Virus record (IMG/VR): IMGVR_UViG_3300042922_000661
Span: 1-64,000 of that record
Source: a virus
Direction: 5' to 3' (one strand)
DNA length: 64,000 nt
The first letter of the stretch is position 1, and each line of letters begins with the position of its first letter. Below the pieces are notes generated by a model. The model was not told the DNA's origin. It ran no database searches and saw only the letters and a program-made list of their open reading frames with translations. The translations under genes were made by a program, and so were the position numbers. This document shows positions 8,521-17,915 of the stretch, in pieces.

Positions 8521-11500
8521 TTAGTCCTGCAGTAGTTCGTTGAGCGCCGGATCGTTGATGCTCAGTGTTGATGACTGGCGCGGCGCCGGCTGTGCTGTGT
8601 TGACCACTTTGTCCGGTGCGGTATCGCCTTTTTTCTTTGTGACGCCCAACAATGCCTCCAGCTGGGTGCGCATACCTTTGAGTTCCTTAAGCATGTCCTG
8701 CTCATGGTTGCCGTTGTCGCCGTTCATCATCGGGCGCACGCCGCTGCGCGGTAGATCGGTGACGTTCGGTATCTGCGCCGGGTGACTCAGCAGCGGCTGC
8801 TGTGTGGTTTGAGCTTTAGTCACGCTGCCGCCGCTCAGATATGCCTTACCGGCACTGGCCAGCGACTCTGTGCCGCTATCGAGCCAGCCGCCAGCCTTGC
8901 TGGTGAGCGGAGAAATGGCGCGCAGAATGCCCGGATCGGCAATGCCTGCCTGATCCAGTACACTGCTGATCATGTCGTTGCCGCTGAAGCCGCCAAGCGT
9001 CTGGCTGAAGGTGTCTCCCACGGCAGGCATAATTGAAGCGCCAACGGCTTTCACGCCGTCCATTGCACCAGCCATTACGCGATCAAACATGCCGCTGCCA
9101 CCCTGTGCCTGTGCAGCTGGCTTTGACGTGGCCATGGTGCTGGCCATGTTGATCGGGGTGTCTGACGTGGCAGAGTTTGGACGGGGACTGACGTTGCCGG
9201 ATGAGACGCGAGAGTTGGCGGCGGGCCGAGCATGGCTGGCAATCTGATCCGGCGACAGTGCTGCCAGCTGAAGGCCTGCCGGTAGCGATGCACCAGCGGG
9301 AAGAGACAGGCCGCTGGTGGGACGTTTTCGGGTCATACCGGCAACGCCTAATGATTCAGTCGCACCTTGCACTTTCCGGTCAGCCCACTCGTTAATTGCT
9401 TTAACCTGACCCCAGGCCCCCGCTCCGGCGTGTTTGATTTTGTCCACTGTTCCGGATGCAGGGAGATCTTTAGCCTTCTGCGCGGGTTTGTGTGTAGCTG
9501 ATGCTGCCGGTGCCAGTGCCGGTGCCGGTGCCGGTGCTGCTGCGGGTGCCGGTGCTGCTGCTGCTGGTGCTGCGGGTGCGGGTGCGCCAGCTGTCAGCTT
9601 CACTTTATCCCCAGCGGAGTAGAGCGAGTCCGCTGCCACTGGTGCCTGCCCTTTCTTAGCGCGTGCTTCGTTTACCGATTTAAGGGATTCGTCACTGAAT
9701 TTACCGCCAACCCACTTACCATTTTCGTTGTGGCCAATGGCGTTCATCATGAAGTCATTAGTGACCTGCGGGTTGCCGCCCTCGATGGTGGCGATACCGC
9801 GCATCATCTGTGTCATGACTTTTGGATCTTTCAGGTCCAGTTGCTGATCGCCCCGCACGCCCAGCTTTTTAGAGAGCGAATCCACGTATTGTGAGGAGTT
9901 GTTTTCGCTCTCAGGTGCATACAGCTTGATGATGTCCTGTACGGTATTGAGCTTCTTGTAACCTGCTGCTTTAGAGGTGCCTTCTGAATAGCTTGTCAGC
10001 TGATTGGCCAGCGCCCTGAATCCTTCCTCCGGCGTGTTGAATTTAGCAAAACGCGCTTCACCTTTGCCGTTCGGAGCTTCCAGGCTTGCGCCCTCTTGTC
10101 CGACATAATTCAGGTTGCCAAAGTTGTTGTTGCGGAAGGAACGGACCTTAGCATTTGCGCCGCCCACATTGAGATCCGCACCGATACTGTTTTTCGCAAC
10201 ATCGGCATAGTCAGCAGTGCTTTTACCCTGGGTACCTACGCCATCCTCGCCCCATTCGCCGCCCTGAAGCTGTGAGCCCAGCCGGTTAATCGCAGTGACG
10301 GTTTTCGTTGTGCCATCGGTGATAGCTTTCGTCTGCTCAGTACTGGTACCGGTCAGCTTGTCATACGCGCCAGCTGCGCTGGTTGAGAAGGCGCTGAACA
10401 TGTCGCCAACCTTCCCAAGCCCTGTATCCAGCCCCTTTGCTATATCACCGGTGTCGAACGTGAGCGCCTTCGCAACGCCATTCATACCCAGTGCCGATGC
10501 TCCGGATGCCAACAGGCCAGACGCGCCCGATACCAGCCCGCCCATGTTAAGCACGTTAGCGCCTGTGTATGCGCCCTTCTGTCTGCCGCTGACCGTCTGG
10601 CCGTCTTTAAGACCAAAGGCCTCTTTCTGGCCTGCCGTATCGTTATAACCCTCGTAGGCATCCATGCCCGCGCCGATTGCTGTACCCACCAGCGGGATAG
10701 CTTTAAGCATGGTTTTTCCGGCGACCTTCCCGGCCACCTTCAAACCGCCTTTTTCCGTGGCCTTTCCTGCCGCGCCTTCTGTGGCCTTCTCCGCTACTTT
10801 CGCCCCCTCCTTTCCGGCAATTCCGCCTGCAGCAATCGTTGCGCCGGCAGTAGTAGTTGTGGCTGCTGCACCGGCGACCGTTGCCGCCTTATTGCCACCC
10901 TTCAGCACATCCAGCGCCTTTGAAAGCAGGCCTTTCTTTTTGGGCTTAGGTTTTGACTTTGAGCCATCCGGCTTGTTTTTGCCGTCCGGAAGCAGATCAC
11001 CGGCAACGTCAGCCATATCGGCAGCAGCAGACAGCGCCCCGCGTTTACGGTTGCGGCGTTTGCGCCTGCCGGGGATCAGAGAGTCCATCAGCCCGCCGCC
11101 GCTTTTTCCGGAAGCGTGAGACAGCTTTTTGATTTCTTCCCGCACATCGTCCAGGCCATCCACAATGCGATCGTCATTAGCAGCGAGCACTTTGGTCTGT
11201 TCCTGCGTGACCAGGATTGCCTTAGCCTGTTGTGCGTTTTTGAAGCCGTCAGCGGATTTCGGTTTACCGATTTCTGGTGGCGTTTTGGCTTCAGTGGTCA
11301 CAGGCGGGTGCGTTAATGGCGGCTCCATTTTCAGCGCAGCGTTGCCTTCGGTTTTTCCTTGGATGAAGTTTTTCAGTGTGACGACGTTCTTCCCGACTTC
11401 AGCGGATATGTCATACATACCTTTACCCATCAGCCACAGCGGACCACCAGCAGCCGTACCTGCAATGTCAGCGCCGGACGACATGCCATCACTGTTAGTT

Positions 11501-12192
11501 TCGGTGGCAGACTCCAGCATGCTACTTAATGAGCGAAAAAATCCCTGCTGCTGTTTGTTTTCGGCTCGCCGTGCGTTCTTTTCCTGCTGTGCAGCTGATG
11601 CGTCTGCGGAATCATTACGGGCTTTAAACCGCCCGTCACGGCCTCTCCCCGGCATTTCGCCTTTAGGATTTTCGCTTTTCTCCTGGGTATCTTTTGGTGC
11701 TTTTTTTGGTCTATTTAAGGGTTTAAATGGTTCACTTTTAAGACCAAAACCACCATTAACTGTTAAATCTGACCTTAATGATTCTTTTATTGACCTTTTA
11801 AGGTCCGTTTCTGGACCTTTTTTAGACCTAAAGTCAGACAAACTTACAGAGCGAGCTATTTCAGGTCTTTTTTCGGTACTTTTATGGTCCTTATCTGGTT
11901 TTATTTGGCCCGATTTCGGTCTATTTTTAATTTCAGACCTTTTTTGGTTTGATTCAGGACCAATATTAGACCCAAAAACTACCTGACCACCCCCTTTTAA
12001 AGCGCCATCTTTTTCAGTGCCGCGCCCAGTCAGAGAGCGCCTTACCGTCATACCGGACGTGTTTTCATTGCCGCTCTGTACCTGGGATTTATAACCAGAG
12101 AGTGCATTACGAATTAGCGTTAGCTGTTTAAGCTCGGCCTCGCTGGCTTTTTCAATTGCATCAATGATGCTGGCCTGATCCTGTTGCTTCAT
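8521..12192 (-). CDS. sit: Tape measure protein with lytic transglycosylase-like domain (Sit)
   Basis: 1223 aa, Ala/Gly-rich; RNNNFGNL...F.TPEEGFRAL...YAPESENN lysozyme-like segment; Ala-Pro linker. Confidence 0.85.
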   Translation of the reverse strand: MKQQDQASIIDAIEKASEAELKQLTLIRNALSGYKSQVQSGNENTSGMTVRRSLTGRGTEKDGALKGGGQVVFGSNIGPESNQKRSEIKNRPKSGQIKPDKDHKSTEKRPEIARSVSLSDFRSKKGPETDLKRSIKESLRSDLTVNGGFGLKSEPFKPLNRPKKAPKDTQEKSENPKGEMPGRGRDGRFKARNDSADASAAQQEKNARRAENKQQQGFFRSLSSMLESATETNSDGMSSGADIAGTAAGGPLWLMGKGMYDISAEVGKNVVTLKNFIQGKTEGNAALKMEPPLTHPPVTTEAKTPPEIGKPKSADGFKNAQQAKAILVTQEQTKVLAANDDRIVDGLDDVREEIKKLSHASGKSGGGLMDSLIPGRRKRRNRKRGALSAAADMADVAGDLLPDGKNKPDGSKSKPKPKKKGLLSKALDVLKGGNKAATVAGAAATTTTAGATIAAGGIAGKEGAKVAEKATEGAAGKATEKGGLKVAGKVAGKTMLKAIPLVGTAIGAGMDAYEGYNDTAGQKEAFGLKDGQTVSGRQKGAYTGANVLNMGGLVSGASGLLASGASALGMNGVAKALTFDTGDIAKGLDTGLGKVGDMFSAFSTSAAGAYDKLTGTSTEQTKAITDGTTKTVTAINRLGSQLQGGEWGEDGVGTQGKSTADYADVAKNSIGADLNVGGANAKVRSFRNNNFGNLNYVGQEGASLEAPNGKGEARFAKFNTPEEGFRALANQLTSYSEGTSKAAGYKKLNTVQDIIKLYAPESENNSSQYVDSLSKKLGVRGDQQLDLKDPKVMTQMMRGIATIEGGNPQVTNDFMMNAIGHNENGKWVGGKFSDESLKSVNEARAKKGQAPVAADSLYSAGDKVKLTAGAPAPAAPAAAAPAPAAAPAPAPALAPAASATHKPAQKAKDLPASGTVDKIKHAGAGAWGQVKAINEWADRKVQGATESLGVAGMTRKRPTSGLSLPAGASLPAGLQLAALSPDQIASHARPAANSRVSSGNVSPRPNSATSDTPINMASTMATSKPAAQAQGGSGMFDRVMAGAMDGVKAVGASIMPAVGDTFSQTLGGFSGNDMISSVLDQAGIADPGILRAISPLTSKAGGWLDSGTESLASAGKAYLSGGSVTKAQTTQQPLLSHPAQIPNVTDLPRSGVRPMMNGDNGNHEQDMLKELKGMRTQLEALLGVTKKKGDTAPDKVVNTAQPAPRQSSTLSINDPALNELLQD
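11700..11990. repeat. Helically phased GACC/GGTC plus A/T-tract array inside sit
   Basis: About 20 GG/CC-centred cores, 14 of them exact GACC/GGTC, mostly 10-12 bp apart and separated by A/T tracts; AT-rich island in a GC-rich gene. Confidence 0.75.
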
Positions 12193-12363
12193 TATTCGGA
12201 CCTGCTGTTAGTCTTTCTCAGTTGCTCAGTGAGCGTGTTATTCATCTGAATGGCACGCCACAGTGGCAGCGCGTCAACGTCACCGACAGGCTGGCGGGCT
12301 GTCAGCGTCAGGTTATCAATGATGGTTAGCCATCCACTGAGGTGAAAATCGTGGAACAAAAAA
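12192..12363 (-). CDS. Putative frameshift extension of the PmgB-like protein
   Basis: Open +1 frame (..FLFHDFHLSGWLTIIDNL..LPLWRAIQM..) fills the gap and its stop overlaps the sit start; no good start of its own; U6 run at 12358-12363. Confidence 0.55.
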
Positions 12364-13134
12364 TCCAGAGCGAAATGGGATAAACAGTTGAGTCGTATTC
12401 TTCTGCATGCCCTCCTTTTCGCAGGCGCACGGCGGAAGCAACAGGCGAACTTCACCCTGTACGATTTGCATCAGAAGGCCGTGACGCAGGTTTCTCTGCA
12501 TCAGCTGGATGTGAGCCACCAGCGGCGCAAACTCCAGATCGGGAACCATATTTTCCATAAGGTCAAAGCGACGATTCGCGGCTTGCTCATAGTCTTCCGG
12601 ATCGTCATCGAGCGCAGTACATAGCGCGAACTCAGCGATGCGCATTCGCATAATCGCAGCGTCATACTCCGGCGCGTCGGCGTCTGGAAGGCCGACGCGC
12701 ATACGTTCCAACATTTCTTGCCCGCGGCCGGTCAGCGGCTTAAGCGTCCATTCCATTGGCACGCCGTTTACCGGAACGTTTACGCGCTCGAAAGGTGCGA
12801 TAGTCAGGAGCTCGACGGTCTCCGCCAGGTCAGACAGATCGAAGTCGTAGGTATGCAGCTCTTTACAGTGCTCACAGCTGTAGTGAAACGCCTCAAGATT
12901 ATCGGCGCGGCTGTTAATCATGATCCACCACAGCGCTGTACGGCGTTCCTGCGCGGTCCAGTCGCGGCTGTCATCAACCGGGCCTTCCTGCAAGGCATTC
13001 AGGTATTCAGTTACGCGCCGCTCATCACCGATCACGTCAGGGGCGCAATACTTCAGCGCGTCTTTCATCACCGGCTGGCGAAAGATGATTTCGGTAGAGG
13101 GCCGCGACGCCAGCGGCAGTGGAGGAATGATCAC
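12316..13134 (-). CDS. pmgB: Tail/baseplate hub assembly chaperone PmgB-like
   Basis: 272 aa directly upstream of the tape measure; CEHC motif followed by FDLSDL, reminiscent of T4 gp26-type hub proteins. Confidence 0.7.
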   Translation of the reverse strand: MIIPPLPLASRPSTEIIFRQPVMKDALKYCAPDVIGDERRVTEYLNALQEGPVDDSRDWTAQERRTALWWIMINSRADNLEAFHYSCEHCKELHTYDFDLSDLAETVELLTIAPFERVNVPVNGVPMEWTLKPLTGRGQEMLERMRVGLPDADAPEYDAAIMRMRIAEFALCTALDDDPEDYEQAANRRFDLMENMVPDLEFAPLVAHIQLMQRNLRHGLLMQIVQGEVRLLLPPCACEKEGMQKNTTQLFIPFRSGFFVPRFSPQWMANHH

Positions 13135-13145
13135 GGTATTGTCCT

Positions 13146-13868
13146 TCAGAATTTAATGAGATTTGATGCGGACGATTGAACCTGGTTTGTAATTCCTCCG
13201 GTTACTCCTTTTAGCAATCCGTTTGCGAGGCTTCCGGTACTGGTGTACTTCACGAACGTCACCGGAATGGTGGCAAACTCGCCCACGGCATCACGGGCGC
13301 GGGAGATCTCGCCAATGGTGGTGATAAAGCCTTTCATTTCCTCTTCAAGCGTGGCGCGGCCATCCTGCGAGACACGGTATATCCGGATATTAAGCAGGTA
13401 GGATGGAGGAAGATTAAAGGTGCCGTCGCCGTTGGAAATGCGCGCACGACGCTCCTTGAACTTCTGCAGGATTTCGCCATCCTCGTTATCACGAACGGTC
13501 ATCGAGACAGAGCCTGCTGTGACGTGTGTCGGCTTCACAAACTCATTACCGCCAATCAGCTTGCTTTCAGTCTCCACGTTGCCCGTGCTGTAGGTAATGT
13601 CCTTCACGTACATGTCTATGCGGGAGAAGCCATCTATCTCGATGTTCCACTGCCAGCCCTGTGCGTAGCGGATACGCATAGCCATTTCGAGCAGCGTCTT
13701 TGCGTTGGCCAGCTCTGGCGGCAGGCCTGCATACGACGCACCGCCGCCGCCGCTCATGGATGCGGAAGCACGCGACAGAATGTTGGATATCAGGTTGCTT
13801 CCGGCCTGTTTCGCCGTGCTGGAGGCAAAGCCTTTGATGTTCCCGGCCAGACCGTTAAAAAAGCTCAT
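13146..13868 (-). CDS. tub: Tail tube initiator / tube-like protein Tub
   Basis: 240 aa; tube-fold-like beta pattern; P1 order pmgC-tub-pmgB-sit. Confidence 0.7.
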   Translation of the reverse strand: MSFFNGLAGNIKGFASSTAKQAGSNLISNILSRASASMSGGGGASYAGLPPELANAKTLLEMAMRIRYAQGWQWNIEIDGFSRIDMYVKDITYSTGNVETESKLIGGNEFVKPTHVTAGSVSMTVRDNEDGEILQKFKERRARISNGDGTFNLPPSYLLNIRIYRVSQDGRATLEEEMKGFITTIGEISRARDAVGEFATIPVTFVKYTSTGSLANGLLKGVTGGITNQVQSSASNLIKF

Positions 13869-13877
13869 AACGCCCCC

Positions 13878-14429
13878 TTACCAGGTGCTCATTGCGGGGA
13901 TAATTGCCCGGCTTGCAGAGATCTGCGCTTCCAAATCAGTTTTACGCTGGTGTAGCGTGGCCTCGTCTGGCAAAAAAGACGCGTCGAACTTCCCGGCGAT
14001 GTGCAGGCGGCGCAGGCGTTCTACGTTCGGAATGGCAATCAGCGCTTCCAGATAGTCTTCAAGCAGCCCGGTACTGTCTGGCGGTAGCTGTGCCTCGTTG
14101 TAATCGCAGTCGCGGATATTGCGAAAGTAAAGCAGGATAAGCGGCCATTTCTCGCGGCCAGTCAGCTCAAGCTCAATGGTAGATTCGTAGGGATCGGCAT
14201 ACACCAGCGCACCATTGAAATCGTTCACGTTTACCAGAGACAGGTAATCAGACGGAAAAGGGAGGCTTACGCCCCCCGTTTTTTCAATGCGTTTGCGGCC
14301 TGGTACACCGGCACGATCCTGATAAACGCCTAATGCCTGACGAAGAAGGCTTTTTAATACCGCCTCTTCATCCACCAGCAGCGTCGTGAAGCGCGCTTTC
14401 ACGGCTTCAAGCAGTTCGACCGGCGTCAT
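13878..14429 (-). CDS. pmgC: Head-tail adaptor PmgC-like
   Basis: 183 aa; helical adaptor-like pattern; synteny. Confidence 0.6.
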   Translation of the reverse strand: MTPVELLEAVKARFTTLLVDEEAVLKSLLRQALGVYQDRAGVPGRKRIEKTGGVSLPFPSDYLSLVNVNDFNGALVYADPYESTIELELTGREKWPLILLYFRNIRDCDYNEAQLPPDSTGLLEDYLEALIAIPNVERLRRLHIAGKFDASFLPDEATLHQRKTDLEAQISASRAIIPAMSTW

Positions 14430-14431
14430 AT

Positions 14432-14923
14432 TTATTCAGCCCAGTTGTAAACGACGCGCAGCGGCAGCTTCACAGCAGCAGTGGTGTCTTCAGAACCAAA
14501 ATCCACGGCGTCTGAGTACACTTTGCAGTGCAGGTAGCTGCGCGTCAGCCCAGCGTTTTCGCCGCTGTTCGACTCTGCTGCAGCGGAGAAGGTGATATCC
14601 AGATATTCCTTGTTGAGAACCATCTGGCGGACAGATGCAAATACGTCGCCCTTAATGGTTTCAACGCAGGTCATCTGGAACTCACCGGAGTTTTTCAGGA
14701 CGCCGTGCTGGTTGAACTTCATGCCACCTGGTGCCACGTCTTCAACGTCTTCGCGGGCCATTTCTGGCAGCTGCGTAGTACGGATCAGGATCGACAGGTT
14801 TGGGTAGCCTTTAACGGTCATCCAGTACTCAGAGCCGACAAGTTTTTCACCCGCGGCAAGGTTCTGGTTAAAGCGTTTTTTCAGGAAAGCCACGTCGGCT
14901 TTCGTATTGGAAAATCCGGACAT
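14432..14923 (-). CDS. bplB: Tail tube protein BplB-like
   Basis: 163 aa; tube-protein size and pattern; order 23-22-21-pmgG-bplB. Confidence 0.75.
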   Translation of the reverse strand: MSGFSNTKADVAFLKKRFNQNLAAGEKLVGSEYWMTVKGYPNLSILIRTTQLPEMAREDVEDVAPGGMKFNQHGVLKNSGEFQMTCVETIKGDVFASVRQMVLNKEYLDITFSAAAESNSGENAGLTRSYLHCKVYSDAVDFGSEDTTAAVKLPLRVVYNWAE

Positions 14924-14933
14924 ATTTTGTTCC

Positions 14934-15524
14934 TCAGATAAACATATATGGAATATCAGACTGGTTCTGGACGCTCAGGCCGGAGCACTGGAGCGTGACG
15001 GTGTTGTGGGTGTAATACCCCTCAGCGGTGCGCGGTGCGTCCAGCTGGTAGCTGACGCTGCGTATAACCACGTCCATGATTTTCAGGCGACGACCAACGT
15101 CCAGAATTACGGGAAGAGGACGGCGACCACCCGGAAGCGCGGCGTTCAGCTCAGGCGAAGCCATTTGCTGCAGCGTCATGATCGCGTCCATGACTTCCAC
15201 CTTCGCGTTAGTTGTGGCCATTAGGTCTACAACGATGCTGAACTCAGGCGGCTGCTGGCCCTCCCAGATAAGCAGGGAGTTAAACTCAGACTTTGAAGTA
15301 CTGCCGCTCACTGCCTGCACGCCGCCCGCCAGCTTGCCGCCAGCCGCGCTCACAGCACCGGCAACGCCGCCCAGCGAGTCATTGGCAAACGGGGATTCCC
15401 ACATGGATTCAATGCTGGCGCTGGAGCCTTCCCCGATATAGCCCACGACCATCGCCGTTTCTGACGTGATGTAGGTCTTCAGGAAGGGGCTGACCCCATC
15501 CGGCATGATTGCACCGCAAATCAT
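14934..15524 (-). CDS. pmgG: Baseplate tube initiator PmgG-like
   Basis: 196 aa; synteny with P1. Confidence 0.7.
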   Translation of the reverse strand: MICGAIMPDGVSPFLKTYITSETAMVVGYIGEGSSASIESMWESPFANDSLGGVAGAVSAAGGKLAGGVQAVSGSTSKSEFNSLLIWEGQQPPEFSIVVDLMATTNAKVEVMDAIMTLQQMASPELNAALPGGRRPLPVILDVGRRLKIMDVVIRSVSYQLDAPRTAEGYYTHNTVTLQCSGLSVQNQSDIPYMFI

Positions 15525-15567
15525 CGCGCTATCCTCATTGCAGCCGGTTTTACCCGGCTGCTATCCC

Positions 15568-16278
15568 TTACAGGCCGCGTTTTTTGCGCAGTTTTAGTGA
15601 TTTTTTACGGTGCGCATTTGCCATTGAGCTATGCGCCTTCATGCGGGCTTTTTTAAGCGCCTGCTTCTGGAGTGACGTCATACGGCGCTTCTTCGGACGT
15701 TTGCGGATCAGCGTTACCACGCCGTCACGAACGGCTTTGAAGGTGGCTGATTCCATCATGGCTTCACCGCCTTCACCGCCAGCAACTGTGTAGTCCGCGA
15801 TCGCTTCGTCATCGTCGCCCAGGCCAGAAAGCGCCTCGAAAACGCTCTCAGCAGCGCTGTCGTCGTCGTCGTCGATCATGCTGGTGACATCATCCTGATC
15901 CGCACCCAGGGCAATAGCAGCGTTTGCCAGCTGGCCCAGCGCGACGTTGAATGCGTCTACCTGATCGTCATCCAGATCGTCGTCTTCGGAAAGTGAGTCC
16001 AGACCAGCCAGGACCAGCGCCAGCGCTTCAAAACTGTCAGCGTCAGCTTCGCCATCGGCTACCCAGCCAGACAGCAGAGAGGCGGCAACCGAGCGGGCAT
16101 CTTCACCAGTGCGACGCTCCACGGCTTCAAACATCGCTACGATGCGCGCCGAAGCCGCAGAGGCTTCGCCAGCGCTTTCGAGCATTGAATCTTTCTTGCC
16201 TGGCATTTCAGCTGGTGCAGGTGCTGCGAATGCCGCGCCCAGCAGGCCATGAGCGGTGTGATTAAAAATATTGTTCAT
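15568..16278 (-). CDS. Morphogenesis protein gp21-like
   Basis: ATG at 16278 with GAGG SD (the ORF-track start at 16365 overlaps the sheath gene); acidic middle and very basic C-terminus. Confidence 0.7.
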   Translation of the reverse strand: MNNIFNHTAHGLLGAAFAAPAPAEMPGKKDSMLESAGEASAASARIVAMFEAVERRTGEDARSVAASLLSGWVADGEADADSFEALALVLAGLDSLSEDDDLDDDQVDAFNVALGQLANAAIALGADQDDVTSMIDDDDDSAAESVFEALSGLGDDDEAIADYTVAGGEGGEAMMESATFKAVRDGVVTLIRKRPKKRRMTSLQKQALKKARMKAHSSMANAHRKKSLKLRKKRGL

Positions 16279-16289
16279 AATTTCCTCTG

Positions 16290-17867
16290 TTAGCGGAACA
16301 GCGTTGGCTTGCCGACGATGCGGCGGGAAGAACCGGTAGGGCAGACAGACCAGGTGGCTTCCCACAGATCGATATCCTTCTGCACAACGGTTACTACGAA
16401 TGGCTGCGTGCCTTGTGTGACGTCACGCGGTTTGACCAGCGCCTCAGCAGCTACGAAGCGCTCCAGCAGGTCGGTTAACCCGTCATACAGGCCTTTGAAG
16501 GTAATACCGTCCGGCTCATGCTTCAGTGCTTCTGCCACGTCATAAAAACCGCGCGCGATCGCGTTCATCAGCGAACTGATGTGCTGCAGGCGCAGGTAGT
16601 TGTTTTTGGCAAACGTGGTCAGGGAGTCATCGATATACATGTTTCCGGATTTATCGAGGCTGACCGGGTTGATGCGCGCCGTTACAAAGGCTTCGCGATC
16701 GATTTCGTCCAGGTTTGGGATCGGCTTGATGTTCTGACGCGCAATAATGGCGCGTGACACGCCAGCCGGTGCGTAGTGCCAGCCGCCAACGTCGGAGACC
16801 AGTGCCACGCCTTTCGCTTTCGCCACAAACGCGTCACAGGAGATACCCCAGTTAACGTTTGTTCCGGTAAACGCGTCGCGTGCGGTGTACGGCCAGTAAT
16901 AGCGCGCAGGTTGGTGTGAACCGCCGAGGCCATGGCCAAGCGCTTCTGCCATCGCTGCTGCTGACAGCTGCGCGCCATGCACGTCGTAGAACATGTCGGT
17001 ACGGGTGTCTTCGGCCAGCTTAACCAATGCGGCGATCACGGTTGCGTCATAGCAGCCCAGCGACAGTACAGCCGTCCAGGTGAACATGGATTTACGCAAT
17101 ACCGTCAGTGCCTTGGTGTAGTCCGCCGTAGCGATAGCAGACAGATCGCCATCGGTGCCGCCACTGAACTGAATATCTTCGAAGCCTTCGGTGATCTGCT
17201 GCATTTTCGTTTCAACATCATCCGCCACGATAGCGCGTAGACGGGTTGAGCCGTTTTCCAGCGCAGTAGGTAGGAAAGCAGGGGATCCCATGTCGCTGGT
17301 GGCGTTGGTGTTGAACGAAATCTGGTGTGATTCGAGAACCGATTCACCGCCGGCCGCATCCACTTCCTTAAGCGTCAGAATGTAGAAGCCCGGTGCAGTA
17401 GGATCGGCCTGCATGCTCAGCTTGCGGTCCACTGACGCGTCGCCGTCGTCGATGTAAATCATTGCCGCAGAGCCTGCTTCCAGTACCGGATCGGTAGATG
17501 GAGCAAAGTTGCTGGCCACTAAGCTCAGTTCCTTCATGGTGGTGTCTACCATCAGGGACAGGGCAGGGATCTTCATTCCCGGCGCCGGCACGCGAACCAC
17601 ATAGCCGTCGCCGCCGTTAACCGCTGTCGCTACATGGCGCAATGGTTCAAACGCCGCGCCGCTGCGCGGGTGGATAGCTTCGCCCAGTACGGACTGATAA
17701 TTATCAGCGGTCACGCGCAGGACAGTGCCGATTTTGCCGCGACGGGAAATGACCAGACCGGCAAAGACGGACGCGCCGCCAGATGCAACGGAAGTTGTAG
17801 CGTCAGCATTAACCTCCTGCACCGCAATGCCGGACGCCTGGCCCACTGAAAAAGCAATTTTATTCAT
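16290..17867 (-). CDS. Contractile tail sheath protein (gp22-like)
   Basis: 525 aa; FSGGTDG, W.APAG..R and INP sheath motifs. Confidence 0.9.
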   Translation of the reverse strand: MNKIAFSVGQASGIAVQEVNADATTSVASGGASVFAGLVISRRGKIGTVLRVTADNYQSVLGEAIHPRSGAAFEPLRHVATAVNGGDGYVVRVPAPGMKIPALSLMVDTTMKELSLVASNFAPSTDPVLEAGSAAMIYIDDGDASVDRKLSMQADPTAPGFYILTLKEVDAAGGESVLESHQISFNTNATSDMGSPAFLPTALENGSTRLRAIVADDVETKMQQITEGFEDIQFSGGTDGDLSAIATADYTKALTVLRKSMFTWTAVLSLGCYDATVIAALVKLAEDTRTDMFYDVHGAQLSAAAMAEALGHGLGGSHQPARYYWPYTARDAFTGTNVNWGISCDAFVAKAKGVALVSDVGGWHYAPAGVSRAIIARQNIKPIPNLDEIDREAFVTARINPVSLDKSGNMYIDDSLTTFAKNNYLRLQHISSLMNAIARGFYDVAEALKHEPDGITFKGLYDGLTDLLERFVAAEALVKPRDVTQGTQPFVVTVVQKDIDLWEATWSVCPTGSSRRIVGKPTLFR

Positions 17868-17915
17868 GCGGAAAGTCCATGAAATGCCCCCTTAACGGGG
17901 GCGCGTTAAGGAGGA

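Noticed and set aside
9500-9590. GCCGGT/GCTGCT short tandem repeats in sit
   Set aside because: Codon-phased and encode an ordinary Ala-Pro linker.
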